The notes below the pieces were generated by a model. It ran no database searches, was not told the origin of the DNA, and worked only from the letters and a program-made list of their open reading frames with translations. A stretch of DNA of 64,000 bases from Candidatus Sericytochromatia bacterium (lineage in GTDB: Bacteria > Cyanobacteriota > Sericytochromatia > S15B-MN24 > UBA4093): NCBI GenBank assembly GCA_036676495.1, contig JAKFCT010000029.1, positions 1 through 64,000 of the forward strand. Reading direction: 5' to 3'. This document shows positions 46,472 through 54,863 of this stretch, piece after piece; the stretch's first letter is position 1, and every line of letters starts with the position of its first letter. The position numbers and the translations under genes are program-made.

Positions 46472-47382
46472 CCGCAGGCGCTAAAGCCCAGGACCTTCCA
46501 CGCATCAGCGCCTACGCGCTGGGCGTATTCAAGGACTGCGCCCGCAAATACGCCCTGAGGTACCGGCAGAACCGCTACTGGCCTGCCCCAGAGGGCAAGG
46601 CACAGGATCAGCAGAGCGCCCGCGGCTCGACCCGTATCGATGACTCGGCAGGCGATCGCAGCTCGACGTTACAGCGGGGACAGCGCTTCCACGCGCTGGT
46701 GCAAGCCCACCAGGAAGGCCTTCCCCTCGGTTCGATCCTGGAGGCGATGGCGGCGGAGGATGAGGCGATCGCCCCCCTCTGGGCGGCCTTCCTCGCCCAT
46801 CCGGACGCGCGCCCCGAGGGAGAGGTCTGGTCGGAGGTCTCGCTCCACTTCTTCGTGAAGGACGTCCCGGTCATGGCGCGCTTTGACCGGATCGTCCGGC
46901 ATGCGGGACGCTGGATCATCGTGGACTGGAAGACCGGCGGCTCGTGGGAGTCCCTGGAGGAGTCCTGGCAGACCAAGCTCTATCCGTTCGCGCTGGCGCA
47001 TGCCGGCCACGTCCTCAACGACGGGGCGCCCATCCCGCCCGAAGCCGTCACCCTGCGTTACTGGGTCTGGAAGGGCGGTCAGGTCGAGACCCATACCTGG
47101 GATTACACGCCCGAGCGGTACGCGGAGGACCTCGCGACCTTCGAGCGGCAGGCCGAGATCGTGAGCGCTCCTCTGGACGACGCGCATTTCCCGGGGCACG
47201 GGGCCGGAAGCCGCGCCTGCTCGCGCTGCCAGTTCCTGACCCTCTGCCATCCGAAGCCGCTCCCCGAGCCCGAGGCTCCCGAGCTGCCCTTGCCGCGCTT
47301 CAGCGGTCCGCAGGCCCATGCCGCGTCAGTCCCCCCATCAAACGGGGGACAAGACGAGGAAGACTTGAAGGAGCGTGACTAG
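46456..47382 (+). CDS. Stand-alone PD-(D/E)XK RecB/AddB-family nuclease with four Cys (Fe-S)
   Basis: DCARKY, GQRFH, SE, RFDRI, VDWKTG, QTKLY, CSRCQFLTLC; ATG 46456 after GGAG, overlapping the helicase end. Confidence 0.88.
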   Translation: MPDLLAAGAKAQDLPRISAYALGVFKDCARKYALRYRQNRYWPAPEGKAQDQQSARGSTRIDDSAGDRSSTLQRGQRFHALVQAHQEGLPLGSILEAMAAEDEAIAPLWAAFLAHPDARPEGEVWSEVSLHFFVKDVPVMARFDRIVRHAGRWIIVDWKTGGSWESLEESWQTKLYPFALAHAGHVLNDGAPIPPEAVTLRYWVWKGGQVETHTWDYTPERYAEDLATFERQAEIVSAPLDDAHFPGHGAGSRACSRCQFLTLCHPKPLPEPEAPELPLPRFSGPQAHAASVPPSNGGQDEEDLKERD

Positions 47383-49740
47383 ATGGGCATGTGGAACGTT
47401 CGTCAGGCCAACGAGGACGAGGTCGCCCAGCTCTCTCAGAAGCTGGACTTGCCGCGGGCGATCGCCCGCGTCCTCTGGCTGCGCGGCTACCATACGCCTT
47501 CGGAGGCTCAGAAGTTCCTGGCCTCGCGCAACTCGCTCGACTACCTCAACCACCCGATCATGACTCCGGGCATGGAGAAGGCCGTCCGGCGGCTCAAGCA
47601 GGCCCTCGCTGGCGGCGAGAAGATCGTCATCTACGGGGACTACGACTGTGACGGCGTGACCAGCTCGACGGTCCTCTACCGCTACCTTGCGCGCGGCCTC
47701 AAGGGCAACGTCGAGGCCTACCTCCCCGATCGGTTCAAGGACGGCTACGGCGTCACCCCCGCCGCCGTCGAGCGGCTCGCAGCCCAGGGGACGAGGGTGA
47801 TTTTGACGTGTGACAATGGCATTTCGGCCCATGCGGCGGCGGCCACCGCCAAGGCTAATGGGATCGACTTGATCGTGACGGACCACCACCAGGTGCCCGA
47901 GGAGCTTCCGGACGTGCACTCCATCGTTCACCCGCAGGTGGACTTCCCTCACCTCAAGGATCTGGCGGGGGTGGGCGTGGCCTACCTCTTGACCATCGCG
48001 ATGGAAGGGTCGTACACCCCGCGCATGGAGCATTTCCTGGACTTCGTGACCATCGGGACGGTGGCGGACATGGTGCCGCTCAACGGTCCCAACCGCCCGC
48101 TGGTCTGGGCGGGGATCGAGCGCTTCCGCGAGCGTTACGGCCATGGAGCCAAGGGCGTCTTCCCGGGGGTCAAGGCCCTGGGGGCGATCGCCAAGTCCTC
48201 CTTCGAGACCTTCACCCCCCAGGACATCGGGTTCCGCTTCGGGCCGCGCCTCAACGCCGCCGGCCGGCTGGAGACCCCGGATATCGGGTTCAAGCTGCTC
48301 ACGACCAACGACGAGCGTGAGGCCTATCGCTACGCGAGCGAGCTGGACGCCATCAACGTCCAGCGCAAGGAGCTGAACGCCGAGCTGGAAAAGGAAATCT
48401 GCGATCGCCTGGAGCGGGAATGGGACTTCGACCGGGAGCCCTTCGTGGTCCTGGCGGACGAGAGCTTCCACCACGGCATCACCGGAATCGTGGCCGGCCG
48501 GATCAAGGAGCGCTACCGCGTGCCGGTCCTGCTCTTCTCGGGTCACGGGGATTCGCCCTGGAAGGCTTCAGGCCGCAGCCCTGAGGGCCTTCACCTCTAC
48601 GAGGCGCTTCATGCGGTCCAGGAGCATCTCCTGGGCTTCGGAGGGCATGCGCAAGCGGCGGGATGCGCGGCGATGCGGGAATCGATCCCGCTCCTGCGCG
48701 AGGCGCTCAACCGTCACGTCCATGAGTTGGGCTGGACCCGGCCTGCGGACGTGGTCTGGCTGGATGCCGAGCTTCCCTTCGCCGAGGCCACCGAGCAGCT
48801 GATCCGGCAGCTCGATGATCTGGAGCCCTTCGGCCAGAAGAACCCGGCTCCGGTCTTCGGGTTGCTGCAGGCCAGGGTGGTCGGCAAGCGCGTGTACAAG
48901 CAGCATCTCTTCGTGCAGATCGACGACGGCCGCACGGTGGTGGAGATTCCGCTCTGGGGGCAAGCCGACAAGGCCAACGACTACCACGGCTGGGTGCGGC
49001 TCGCGTACGTGCCGGAGATCAACACGTACCGGGGCGAGCGCAAGATCGCCTACCGGATCCTGAGGGTCGAGCGGACCTCGGCTCCCCCGCCGGTGGAGAT
49101 CGCGGCGCCTCAGGCTCCCGCTCCCGTGGAGGACCGGCGCAACGACGATCCGGCCCGGATCCTGGACGCCCTGGCGACGGGGCGGCCCGTCTCGATCTAC
49201 GCGAACCGCCTGCCGTCGGATGCGGCCTTGCTGGCGGCCATGGCCCGGCTGGAGGCCACGCTCTACCTGCCGCAGACTACCCTGCCGCTGGGACTGGGGC
49301 ACCTGGTTTGCCTGGACGTGCCCTACGACGAAGAGGCCTGGACCACCCTTCGGAGCCGGGCGGACGTCGTCACGATGGCCTGGAGCGAGCGCACGGAGAT
49401 GGCCTCCTTGACGACCTTGCCGGCCCTGGACGACCTGCGCGAGGGGGAGTTGAATCCGCAATGGCTGAGGCGGTTCTACCTAGCGCTTTCCGAGCATCGG
49501 GGGCAGCCGCTGGGGGAAGTGGCCTTCCAGATTGCGGGGACGGGTGGGGAGATGCGGGCGATCGCCGCCCTGCGGATCTTCCGCGAAGCGGGCATCTTGG
49601 TCGAGCGTGGCGATTACTGGAGCCTACTCACGCCGCCCGATTGGGACATCCAGCTGCCGCACCTGAAGAGCTTCCAGGCCTACAAGGAGGCGCAGGCCTT
49701 CCGGGAGCGGTTCGCTCGCGGAGCCGTCGTCCCCGTCTAA
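47383..49740 (+). CDS. recJ: ssDNA 5'-3' exonuclease RecJ with C-terminal extension
   Basis: GDYDCDG, TCDNG, TDHH, DMVPL, PRLNAAGRL, FGGHAQAAG, LEPFG..NP; ATG directly after the nuclease TAG. Confidence 0.96.
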   Translation: MGMWNVRQANEDEVAQLSQKLDLPRAIARVLWLRGYHTPSEAQKFLASRNSLDYLNHPIMTPGMEKAVRRLKQALAGGEKIVIYGDYDCDGVTSSTVLYRYLARGLKGNVEAYLPDRFKDGYGVTPAAVERLAAQGTRVILTCDNGISAHAAAATAKANGIDLIVTDHHQVPEELPDVHSIVHPQVDFPHLKDLAGVGVAYLLTIAMEGSYTPRMEHFLDFVTIGTVADMVPLNGPNRPLVWAGIERFRERYGHGAKGVFPGVKALGAIAKSSFETFTPQDIGFRFGPRLNAAGRLETPDIGFKLLTTNDEREAYRYASELDAINVQRKELNAELEKEICDRLEREWDFDREPFVVLADESFHHGITGIVAGRIKERYRVPVLLFSGHGDSPWKASGRSPEGLHLYEALHAVQEHLLGFGGHAQAAGCAAMRESIPLLREALNRHVHELGWTRPADVVWLDAELPFAEATEQLIRQLDDLEPFGQKNPAPVFGLLQARVVGKRVYKQHLFVQIDDGRTVVEIPLWGQADKANDYHGWVRLAYVPEINTYRGERKIAYRILRVERTSAPPPVEIAAPQAPAPVEDRRNDDPARILDALATGRPVSIYANRLPSDAALLAAMARLEATLYLPQTTLPLGLGHLVCLDVPYDEEAWTTLRSRADVVTMAWSERTEMASLTTLPALDDLREGELNPQWLRRFYLALSEHRGQPLGEVAFQIAGTGGEMRAIAALRIFREAGILVERGDYWSLLTPPDWDIQLPHLKSFQAYKEAQAFRERFARGAVVPV

Positions 49741-49771
49741 GGCCCGACCACACGGCAGGAGGCCATGGGGG

Positions 49772-49881
49772 CCCGTCATTCCCGCCCCTCACCCGTCATT
49801 CCCGCCCCTCACCCGTCATTCCCGCCCCTCACCCGTCATTCCCGCCCCTCACCCGTCATTCCCGCGAAAGCGGGAATCCAG
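49772..49881 (+). repeat. Four tandem 20-bp half-REP units ending in one complete CGTC-type REP
   Basis: (CCCGTCATTCCCGCCCCTCA)x4, then CCCGTCATTCCCGCGAAAGCGGGAATCCAG. Confidence 0.95.
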
Positions 49882-49929
49882 GGCTACTCAACCCTAGAAT
49901 GAGCCCTTTGGCGACGACACCATCCAGAG

Positions 49930-50220
49930 TCAGCCCAATTCGTGAAACAGGTCCCTCCACTGGGGATTCACCTTTTCGATGAGCTCCAGTTTCCAGGAGC
50001 GGTTCCATTTCTTGATCTGCTTCTCGCGCTGAATGGCAGCGAGCATCGTGTCATGCAGTTCGAAGTATACGAGCATGTGGACGCCGTACCGACGGGTGAA
50101 GCCCTGAACCAAGTCGCTCTTATGCTCCCAGACCCGCTTCACAAGGTCGCTGGTAACCCCGGTGTACAAGGTGCCGTTCCTTTTGCTGGCGAGGATGTAG
50201 ACGGAAGGTTGCTTTGCCAT
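49930..50220 (-). CDS. Small GIY-YIG nuclease (YhbQ/UPF0213-like), 96 aa
   Basis: VYILAS..TLYTGVT.DL.KR..EHK, FTRRY, LVYFE, AIQREKQIKKWNRSWK, NPQWRDL. Confidence 0.93.
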   Translation of the reverse strand: MAKQPSVYILASKRNGTLYTGVTSDLVKRVWEHKSDLVQGFTRRYGVHMLVYFELHDTMLAAIQREKQIKKWNRSWKLELIEKVNPQWRDLFHELG

Positions 50221-50325
50221 CGCCCCCCCCAAATACAGAGTTCCCGCGAAAGCATCCCCCTGATTTGGGTTTCAGCCTTCACGGGAACGAGCCCCTGACG
50301 TTGTTTACGCGTCGCTGCGCTGCAA

Positions 50326-50354
50326 CTGGATTCCCGCTTTCGCGGGAATGACGG
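50326..50354 (-). repeat. CGTC-type REP, exact inverted copy of 49853-49881
   Basis: CTGGATTCCCGCTTTCGCGGGAATGACGG; degenerate copies also at ~50240-50291. Confidence 0.95.
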
Positions 50355-50355
50355 T

Positions 50356-50985
50356 TCAGCCCTTGGCGGTATCGAGGTTGACCTCGCGAGCCAGGATGAT
50401 GGCGTCGGCGATTTCCTTGAGGGGCTTGCGCCGGTCCATGGAGAGCTTCTGGATCTTGCGGAAGGCGGCCGCCTCGGAGAGGCCGTAATTCTCCATCAGG
50501 ATGCCCTTGGCCTTTTCGACCAGCTTGCGGGTCTCGATGGTTTCCTTGAGGTCGCCGACTTCCTTTTGAAGGGCGTAGAGTTCGTTTGCGCGGGCGAGAG
50601 CGACCTCGATGGTGGGAAGGATGTCGGCTTCCTTGATGGGCTTGACCAGGTAGCCATAGACGCCGAGTTCGGTGGCCTGCTGAACCAGTTCGGGCTGGGA
50701 GTAGGCGGTGAGCATGATGACGGGGATGGTGCGCTCGGCGTTGATGTGCTTCACGGCCTCCAGGCCGTCCATGACGGGCATCTTGATGTCCATGACGATG
50801 AGATCGGGGTTGAGCTTCTGGGCGAGCTCGACGGCCTCCTGGCCGTTGGAGCCCTCTCCGACGATCTCGTGGCCCTGCTCCTTGAGCATTTCGCGCAGGT
50901 CCAGCCGGATGATCGATTCGTCGTCCACCAAGAGAATCCGTAGCTTCTTCGATTTGCTCGTCGCGGGGTTCGTAAAGCTGTTCAT
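50356..50985 (-). CDS. REC-ANTAR response regulator (PdtaR/EutV-like)
   Basis: ILLVDDE, MDIKMP, YLVKP; RKLVEKAKGILM..SEAAAF..IQKLSMDRR ANTAR domain. Confidence 0.93.
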   Translation of the reverse strand: MNSFTNPATSKSKKLRILLVDDESIIRLDLREMLKEQGHEIVGEGSNGQEAVELAQKLNPDLIVMDIKMPVMDGLEAVKHINAERTIPVIMLTAYSQPELVQQATELGVYGYLVKPIKEADILPTIEVALARANELYALQKEVGDLKETIETRKLVEKAKGILMENYGLSEAAAFRKIQKLSMDRRKPLKEIADAIILAREVNLDTAKG

Positions 50986-50991
50986 GGGGGC

Positions 50992-52443
50992 TTATCCTCT
51001 CTCGGCCACCGGGATGGTGACGGTGATGATGGTACCTTCGTTCGAGGTGTCGATCTTGATCTCTCCGCGGAGGTCTTGCCTTGCCAGGGTGTTGATGATT
51101 TCCCAGCCCAGGTTCCCGTCGGATTTGGGGTCGAAATCCTTGGGCAGGCCGATGCCGTTGTCACTGAGCATCATGGTGAGTTCGGAGTCGGAGAGGGCGA
51201 GCCCTAGTTCGACGCGCCCCTGGGTGCGGCCGGTGAAGGCGTGCTTGAGGGTGTTTTGAAGCAGCTCGTTGATGATGAGGGCCATGGAGGTGGCCTGCGC
51301 GGAGGGCAGGGTGATGGGGTAGGACGGGCAGACCACGCGGGCGTCGATGTTGGAGTCGGGGGGAAGCATGCTCTGCAGGGCGGCGGAAAGCAGGTTGTAG
51401 GCCAGCTCCTTGATGTCGACCACTCCCACGTCGTCCTGGGAGAGGTACTCGTGGACCAGGGCGATGCTGGAGATGCGGTCGATGGACTCGTTGAGGATGT
51501 TTTTCACCTCGGCGTTGCGGCTGCGGCGCTGCTGGAGGCGCAGGAGGCCGGCGATGGTCTGGAGGTTGTTCTTCACCCGGTGGTGGACCTCGCGGATGAT
51601 GGTCTCCTTGATGGCCAGCTCGCGGTCCTTCTCCTTGAGCTCGGTGAAGTCGCGCAGGACCCGGATGGTGGCGACCGTCTCGTCGGCGGGATCCAGGGGA
51701 ACGGTGCGGACGGCGAGGGCCATGCGCGGCGAGAGCAGCTCCATGTCCTCGTAGACGACGTTGGTCTTGGTGGTGCGGCGTTCCCGGTTGGCCATCATGG
51801 TTTCGTCCCAGCCGAGGCCGTCGAGGAACTCGGGCAGGCCCATGCGGCGGGCGAGGTTGACCGCGGAATGGGTCGCGTGCTTGATGATGCCGTGGGAGTC
51901 GACCAGGAGCAGGGCGTCTCCCGGCTGCAAGGGTGGCAGGGAGACGTCGGTGGTCTTGGCCTTGTTGATGAGGGTGACGACCGCGCGAGAGATGGCCGTC
52001 CGGTAGATCTGGCGCTTTTCCTCGGTGTGCTTGAGCTCCTCGTAGAGGTTGCGCTCGACGACCAGGATGGCGCAGGTGCGCTTGCCGGTGCGCATGGGGT
52101 AGATCATCTGGCTCATGGGCTGGCCGTTGACGACCTTGCCGACGGCCCCCTCGGTGATCTCTCCGGACTTGAAGGCCTGGTAGAGCGCCGAGGCGGTGCC
52201 GGGGTCGGCCATCTGGCCGACCTGCGAGCGCCGGTAGAAGGATTCCCTGACGGTCGGCTTGGCCTCCGACACCACGACCAGCTTCTTTTCGGAGTTGGGG
52301 CAGTAGATGAGCAGGTCCGCCGGCATGATGTCGGCGAGGAACGCCAGGTGGCGGCTCATGTTCTGGATCCAGCGGCGATCGCCCTCCTGAGGGACGAGGT
52401 CCGCCAGGGTGGGGAAAGCGGGGGGCGTGGTGTTGACGGCCAT
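50992..52443 (-). CDS. Cytoplasmic HisKA_2 sensor kinase (PdtaS/EutW-like)
   Basis: LADIMPADLLIY N-domain; REVHHRVKNNLQ, SIALVHE, NELLQNTLKHAF, DNGIG. Confidence 0.92.
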   Translation of the reverse strand: MAVNTTPPAFPTLADLVPQEGDRRWIQNMSRHLAFLADIMPADLLIYCPNSEKKLVVVSEAKPTVRESFYRRSQVGQMADPGTASALYQAFKSGEITEGAVGKVVNGQPMSQMIYPMRTGKRTCAILVVERNLYEELKHTEEKRQIYRTAISRAVVTLINKAKTTDVSLPPLQPGDALLLVDSHGIIKHATHSAVNLARRMGLPEFLDGLGWDETMMANRERRTTKTNVVYEDMELLSPRMALAVRTVPLDPADETVATIRVLRDFTELKEKDRELAIKETIIREVHHRVKNNLQTIAGLLRLQQRRSRNAEVKNILNESIDRISSIALVHEYLSQDDVGVVDIKELAYNLLSAALQSMLPPDSNIDARVVCPSYPITLPSAQATSMALIINELLQNTLKHAFTGRTQGRVELGLALSDSELTMMLSDNGIGLPKDFDPKSDGNLGWEIINTLARQDLRGEIKIDTSNEGTIITVTIPVAERG

Positions 52444-52446
52444 GAC

Positions 52447-53673
52447 TTATGCCTGGTGGACGGCGCGGCCGTAACGGCGCTTACCGACCTGGACGATCAC
52501 GCCGTCGCCCGAGACGTCGATGGGCTGGTTGATGTCGGTGACGGTCTCGGGCTCGGAGTCGCGGTGCAGCTTGACGCCGCCCTGCTGAACGAGCCGGCGG
52601 GCTTCCGAGGAGGTGGCGGCGAGGCCCATGGCGACGAGCAAAGGCACGGCGGGCATGGTCGCTTCGGGCACCGGGCAAACGGGGATGTCCTCGGGGAGCT
52701 GGCGCTGCTGGAACTGCCGGACGAAGGCCTCCTCGGCCATCGCGCCGGCCTCGGAGCCGTGGTAGCGGCTGACGATGGCCTTGCCGAGACGCATCTTGGC
52801 ATCGCGGGGGTGGGTCGTCCCGGCCTGAAGGCCGGCGAGCACATCCTGGATCTCGGCCAGGGGCAGGCCCGAGGCCAGGCGGTAGTAGTTGGATAGCAGG
52901 GCGTCGGGAATCGACATGACCTTGCCGTACATGTCCTCGGGGGCGTCGGTGAGGCCGATGTAGTTATTGAGGGACTTGGACATCTTCTGGACGCCATCGG
53001 TACCTTCGAGGATCGGGTACATCATCACGACCTGAGGGCTCTGGCCGTAGGCTTCCTGGATGTCGCGGCCCATGAGGAGGTTGAACTTCTGGTCGGTGCC
53101 GCCCATCTCGAGGTCGGCCTTGATGGCGACCGAGTCGTAGCCCTGCATCAGGGGGTAGAGGAACTCGTGGAGGGCGATGGGGTCGTTGCGCTCGTAGCGC
53201 TTGGCGAAGTTGTCGCGCGCCAGCATTTGAGCCACGGTCGCCTGGGCCGCCAGCTTGACGGTGTCGGCGAAGGACATGCGATCCAGCCACTCGCCGTTCC
53301 AGTGCACTTCGGTCTTGGAGAGGTCGAGGATGAGGCCGAGCTGGTCGAGGTAGGTCTGGGCGTTGGCCTTGACCTCGTCGAGGGACAAGGGGGGCCGGGT
53401 GGCTTCCTTGCCGGTGGGGTCGCCGATGCGGGCGGTGAAGTCCCCGATGATGATGACGACCTGGTGTCCGGCGTCCTGGAAGCGGCGAAGACCGTGCAGG
53501 ACCACGGCATGGCCCAGGTGCAGGTCGGGCTTGGTGGGGTCGAAGCCGAGCTTGACGCGCAGGGGGCGGTCAAGATCTTTGAGTTTGGCTTCGAGGCTGC
53601 CCTGGGGAAGGGTTTCGACCGTGCCTTGAGTGAGTTCGGCGAGGGTCGGGTTCTGCGAAAGCTGAGTGGACAA
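52447..53673 (-). CDS. tyrS: Tyrosyl-tRNA synthetase
   Basis: GFDPT..LHLGH, GDPTG, YPLMQGYD, GGTDQ, KMSKS, S4 domain; TTG 53673 after AAGGAG; TATAAT at 53777-53782. Confidence 0.97.
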   Translation of the reverse strand: MSTQLSQNPTLAELTQGTVETLPQGSLEAKLKDLDRPLRVKLGFDPTKPDLHLGHAVVLHGLRRFQDAGHQVVIIIGDFTARIGDPTGKEATRPPLSLDEVKANAQTYLDQLGLILDLSKTEVHWNGEWLDRMSFADTVKLAAQATVAQMLARDNFAKRYERNDPIALHEFLYPLMQGYDSVAIKADLEMGGTDQKFNLLMGRDIQEAYGQSPQVVMMYPILEGTDGVQKMSKSLNNYIGLTDAPEDMYGKVMSIPDALLSNYYRLASGLPLAEIQDVLAGLQAGTTHPRDAKMRLGKAIVSRYHGSEAGAMAEEAFVRQFQQRQLPEDIPVCPVPEATMPAVPLLVAMGLAATSSEARRLVQQGGVKLHRDSEPETVTDINQPIDVSGDGVIVQVGKRRYGRAVHQA

Positions 53674-53805
53674 TCGGACGCTCCTTGTTTGGACCCGAAG
53701 GCCGAGATCCAGCGTTCGGACCCGGGCGGGCATGGTCGACGCGAGGCGAGGACGATCCGCTTGGATCGCCCTCATGATTATACCGCAGCATCCGTGGCGC
53801 GAGAC

Positions 53806-54198
53806 TCAGACCCCGCCTCCCACCGCGGGGAAGTAGACGAGGAGGAGGGCGCGTTGGTCGTCGTCCTCCGTGCGAAGGCGTTGCAGGGCCTTTCGCTCGC
53901 GGCCGGAGACGGCGGGGATCGTCCGGTCGTAGAGGTCCACGAGCTCTTGCTTGGTGGTGATGAGGGCTTCGGGGAAGTCCTCGGGGGTTTCGACCTCCGG
54001 GGTCTCGGGAGGGGCGATCCCGCGGTCGACCAGCAGCTCCCAGAGGGTCTGGGCGTGCCGGTCGTCTTCCACGGCATGCCGCTCGAGGATGTCGTAGACC
54101 GCGCTCCCGCGGCCTCCCTCATCGAGCCAGCGGCGGTCCAGGATGCCCGAGATCCGTTCGAGTTCGAGGGCGTGGACCAGGTCGTCTTCAACCGGCAT
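53806..54198 (-). CDS. Small ferritin-like four-helix protein
   Basis: ELE..EDDRH and ELVDLY..EDDDQ spacing typical of ferritin-like folds. Confidence 0.55.
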   Translation of the reverse strand: MPVEDDLVHALELERISGILDRRWLDEGGRGSAVYDILERHAVEDDRHAQTLWELLVDRGIAPPETPEVETPEDFPEALITTKQELVDLYDRTIPAVSGRERKALQRLRTEDDDQRALLLVYFPAVGGGV

Positions 54199-54201
54199 GG
54201 G

Positions 54202-54606
54202 CTAGCTCTCCAGCCACATGACCTTGAGCTTGGCGGGGAGCTGGTCGGCGACGTCCCCGGCCTCGCCCTCGGAGATCTGCTCCTTGACCACGCGGAAGAC
54301 CGCGGTGGCGAGGGTCTGCGCTTGATCCCGGCTCTCGAGGTCGGCTTTTTCGGCCACCCGGTCGAGGAAGGCGTCGCGTTCCAGGCGATTGGGGCCGGTG
54401 ACCTGCTTGAGGAGGCCGACGAGGACGTTGCCCTGGCACATGGAGTCGATGCCGTTGGGGAGTTGCGCCTCGAGGTCCATGGCTTCGTCGCGGGTGAGGC
54501 GTCCGCAGAGGGTGCCCAGCACGGCGCTGGTGGCCTTCTCGGCGCGGTCGCGCTCGGCGATGCCCGTGAGGCCTTGAACCCGGTGAATGAATTCGCCCTT
54601 GTTCAT
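54202..54606 (-). CDS. DUF2267 family protein
   Basis: EFIHRV..AVLGTL..RL..EA.DL.AQLP repeated twice; ISEGE..DV..QLP. Confidence 0.85.
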   Translation of the reverse strand: MNKGEFIHRVQGLTGIAERDRAEKATSAVLGTLCGRLTRDEAMDLEAQLPNGIDSMCQGNVLVGLLKQVTGPNRLERDAFLDRVAEKADLESRDQAQTLATAVFRVVKEQISEGEAGDVADQLPAKLKVMWLES

Positions 54607-54863
54607 CTCGCTCCCCCTCTCATGATGAGGCGCCTGCTCGCTCAGGCCGGGCCCGCCTCCGGACGGATTCGACCTAGAAGCGTGGTGACCTGATCTTGCG
54701 GGAGGAGCGGAGCCGGGTCAAGGCGTGAATCCCCGCTGGTAGTCCCGGTTAACCCGTGGTAAACTACTGCTGATTGCTCCCCGTGGACTCGCGTCCCCAT
54801 GGCACATTCGGGGAGCCCCCATGGGGAAATTCCCACGCAGGACTGCGAAAGGAAATCTGCATC

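Noticed and set aside
49772-49881. Possible CRISPR array near a Cas4-like nuclease
   Set aside because: Units are contiguous and identical with no unique spacers; no cas1/cas2; the nuclease belongs to a helicase-RecJ operon
53674-53776. T-box riboswitch before tyrS
   Set aside because: Leader is only ~100 nt, with no T-box motif or terminator; the ORF-track start at 53775 also lacks an RBS
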